Source: Phaeosaccion multiseriatum
Taxonomy: Eukaryota; Protista; Ochrophyta, other classes
DNA length: 64,000 bases
Direction: 5' to 3'
NCBI GenBank assembly: GCA_965112735.1
Contig: OZ218962.1
Coordinates: 2,666,001-2,730,000 of the forward strand
Shown: one piece after another, positions 63,567-64,000 of the stretch
Layout of the letters: each line of letters begins with the position of its first letter
Position numbering within the stretch: position 1 is the first letter of the stretch
Position numbers and translations under genes: made by a program
Notes under the pieces: generated by a model
Database searches by the model: none
What the model saw: the letters and a program-made list of their open reading frames with translations, nothing else
Told to the model about the DNA's origin: nothing

Positions 63567-64000
63567 CCCCTGAGCATATCACCAACGAGCGCAGCAGTAC
63601 GGCTGAGTGAGCTCGCTTGGGTGGGTGCGAGAACATATCATATTATACTAAGTATCTTACATATTATTATACTTCGTATACTTCGTATAGTATATAATTA
63701 TGAAGTACTATAATAAGTAGGAAAGAGAGAAAAAGAAAAATATGTGAGGTGGATGTAGACAACTTACGCCCTTGGTGCGGGCAGAGAGGCCGGTGTCGTG
63801 GGCTTGTGAAAGGAAGGTTCCGAGCAGCGCTGTGCGTTACCCGTCACTGGCATGAAGCGTTAGGAGGGCCGTGGGGGTCGGGGTAGCAGCAGTAGGAATG
63901 CGACGTTCCATCACTCGTCTTTCTTACTACTTCAAGTACTATTATTGAGGATGGGTGTCTGCATTACACTGAGCTTGCTTCCCAGCGGGCGGCGACAAGC

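Overview
Eukaryotic, GC-rich, intron-rich genomic DNA with canonical GT-AG introns, many of them filled with microsatellites. A bipartite plastid-targeting presequence (ALA|FVP) points to an alga with a red-derived secondary plastid, probably an ochrophyte (inference). Most long ORFs in the supplied track are microsatellite artefacts, so I reconstructed the genes by splicing them by hand. The main feature is a three-copy family at 4.1-24 kb encoding a secreted fusion: glucose/sorbosone-dehydrogenase (GSDH, PQQ-type) beta-propeller, then a Pro/Thr linker and small Cys module, then a complete three-domain multicopper oxidase. Copy 1 (+, 21 exons, 1474 aa) ends in four Cys-rich repeats. Copy 2 (-) ends in a mucin stalk and a GPI-type tail. 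Copy 3 is a truncated chimeric pseudogene. A small TIR element family brackets the two long copies. Downstream are a DDX24/Mak5-like half-helicase gene, a thylakoid-lumen-targeted four-repeat protein with a piggyBac-like MITE in one intron, an RCC1-like repeat membrane protein, an OSCA/TMEM63-like channel, an acidic type-I membrane protein, a hidden 87-aa secreted 8-Cys peptide and an ankyrin-BTB protein. All family assignments come from motif recognition by eye; no database searches were run.
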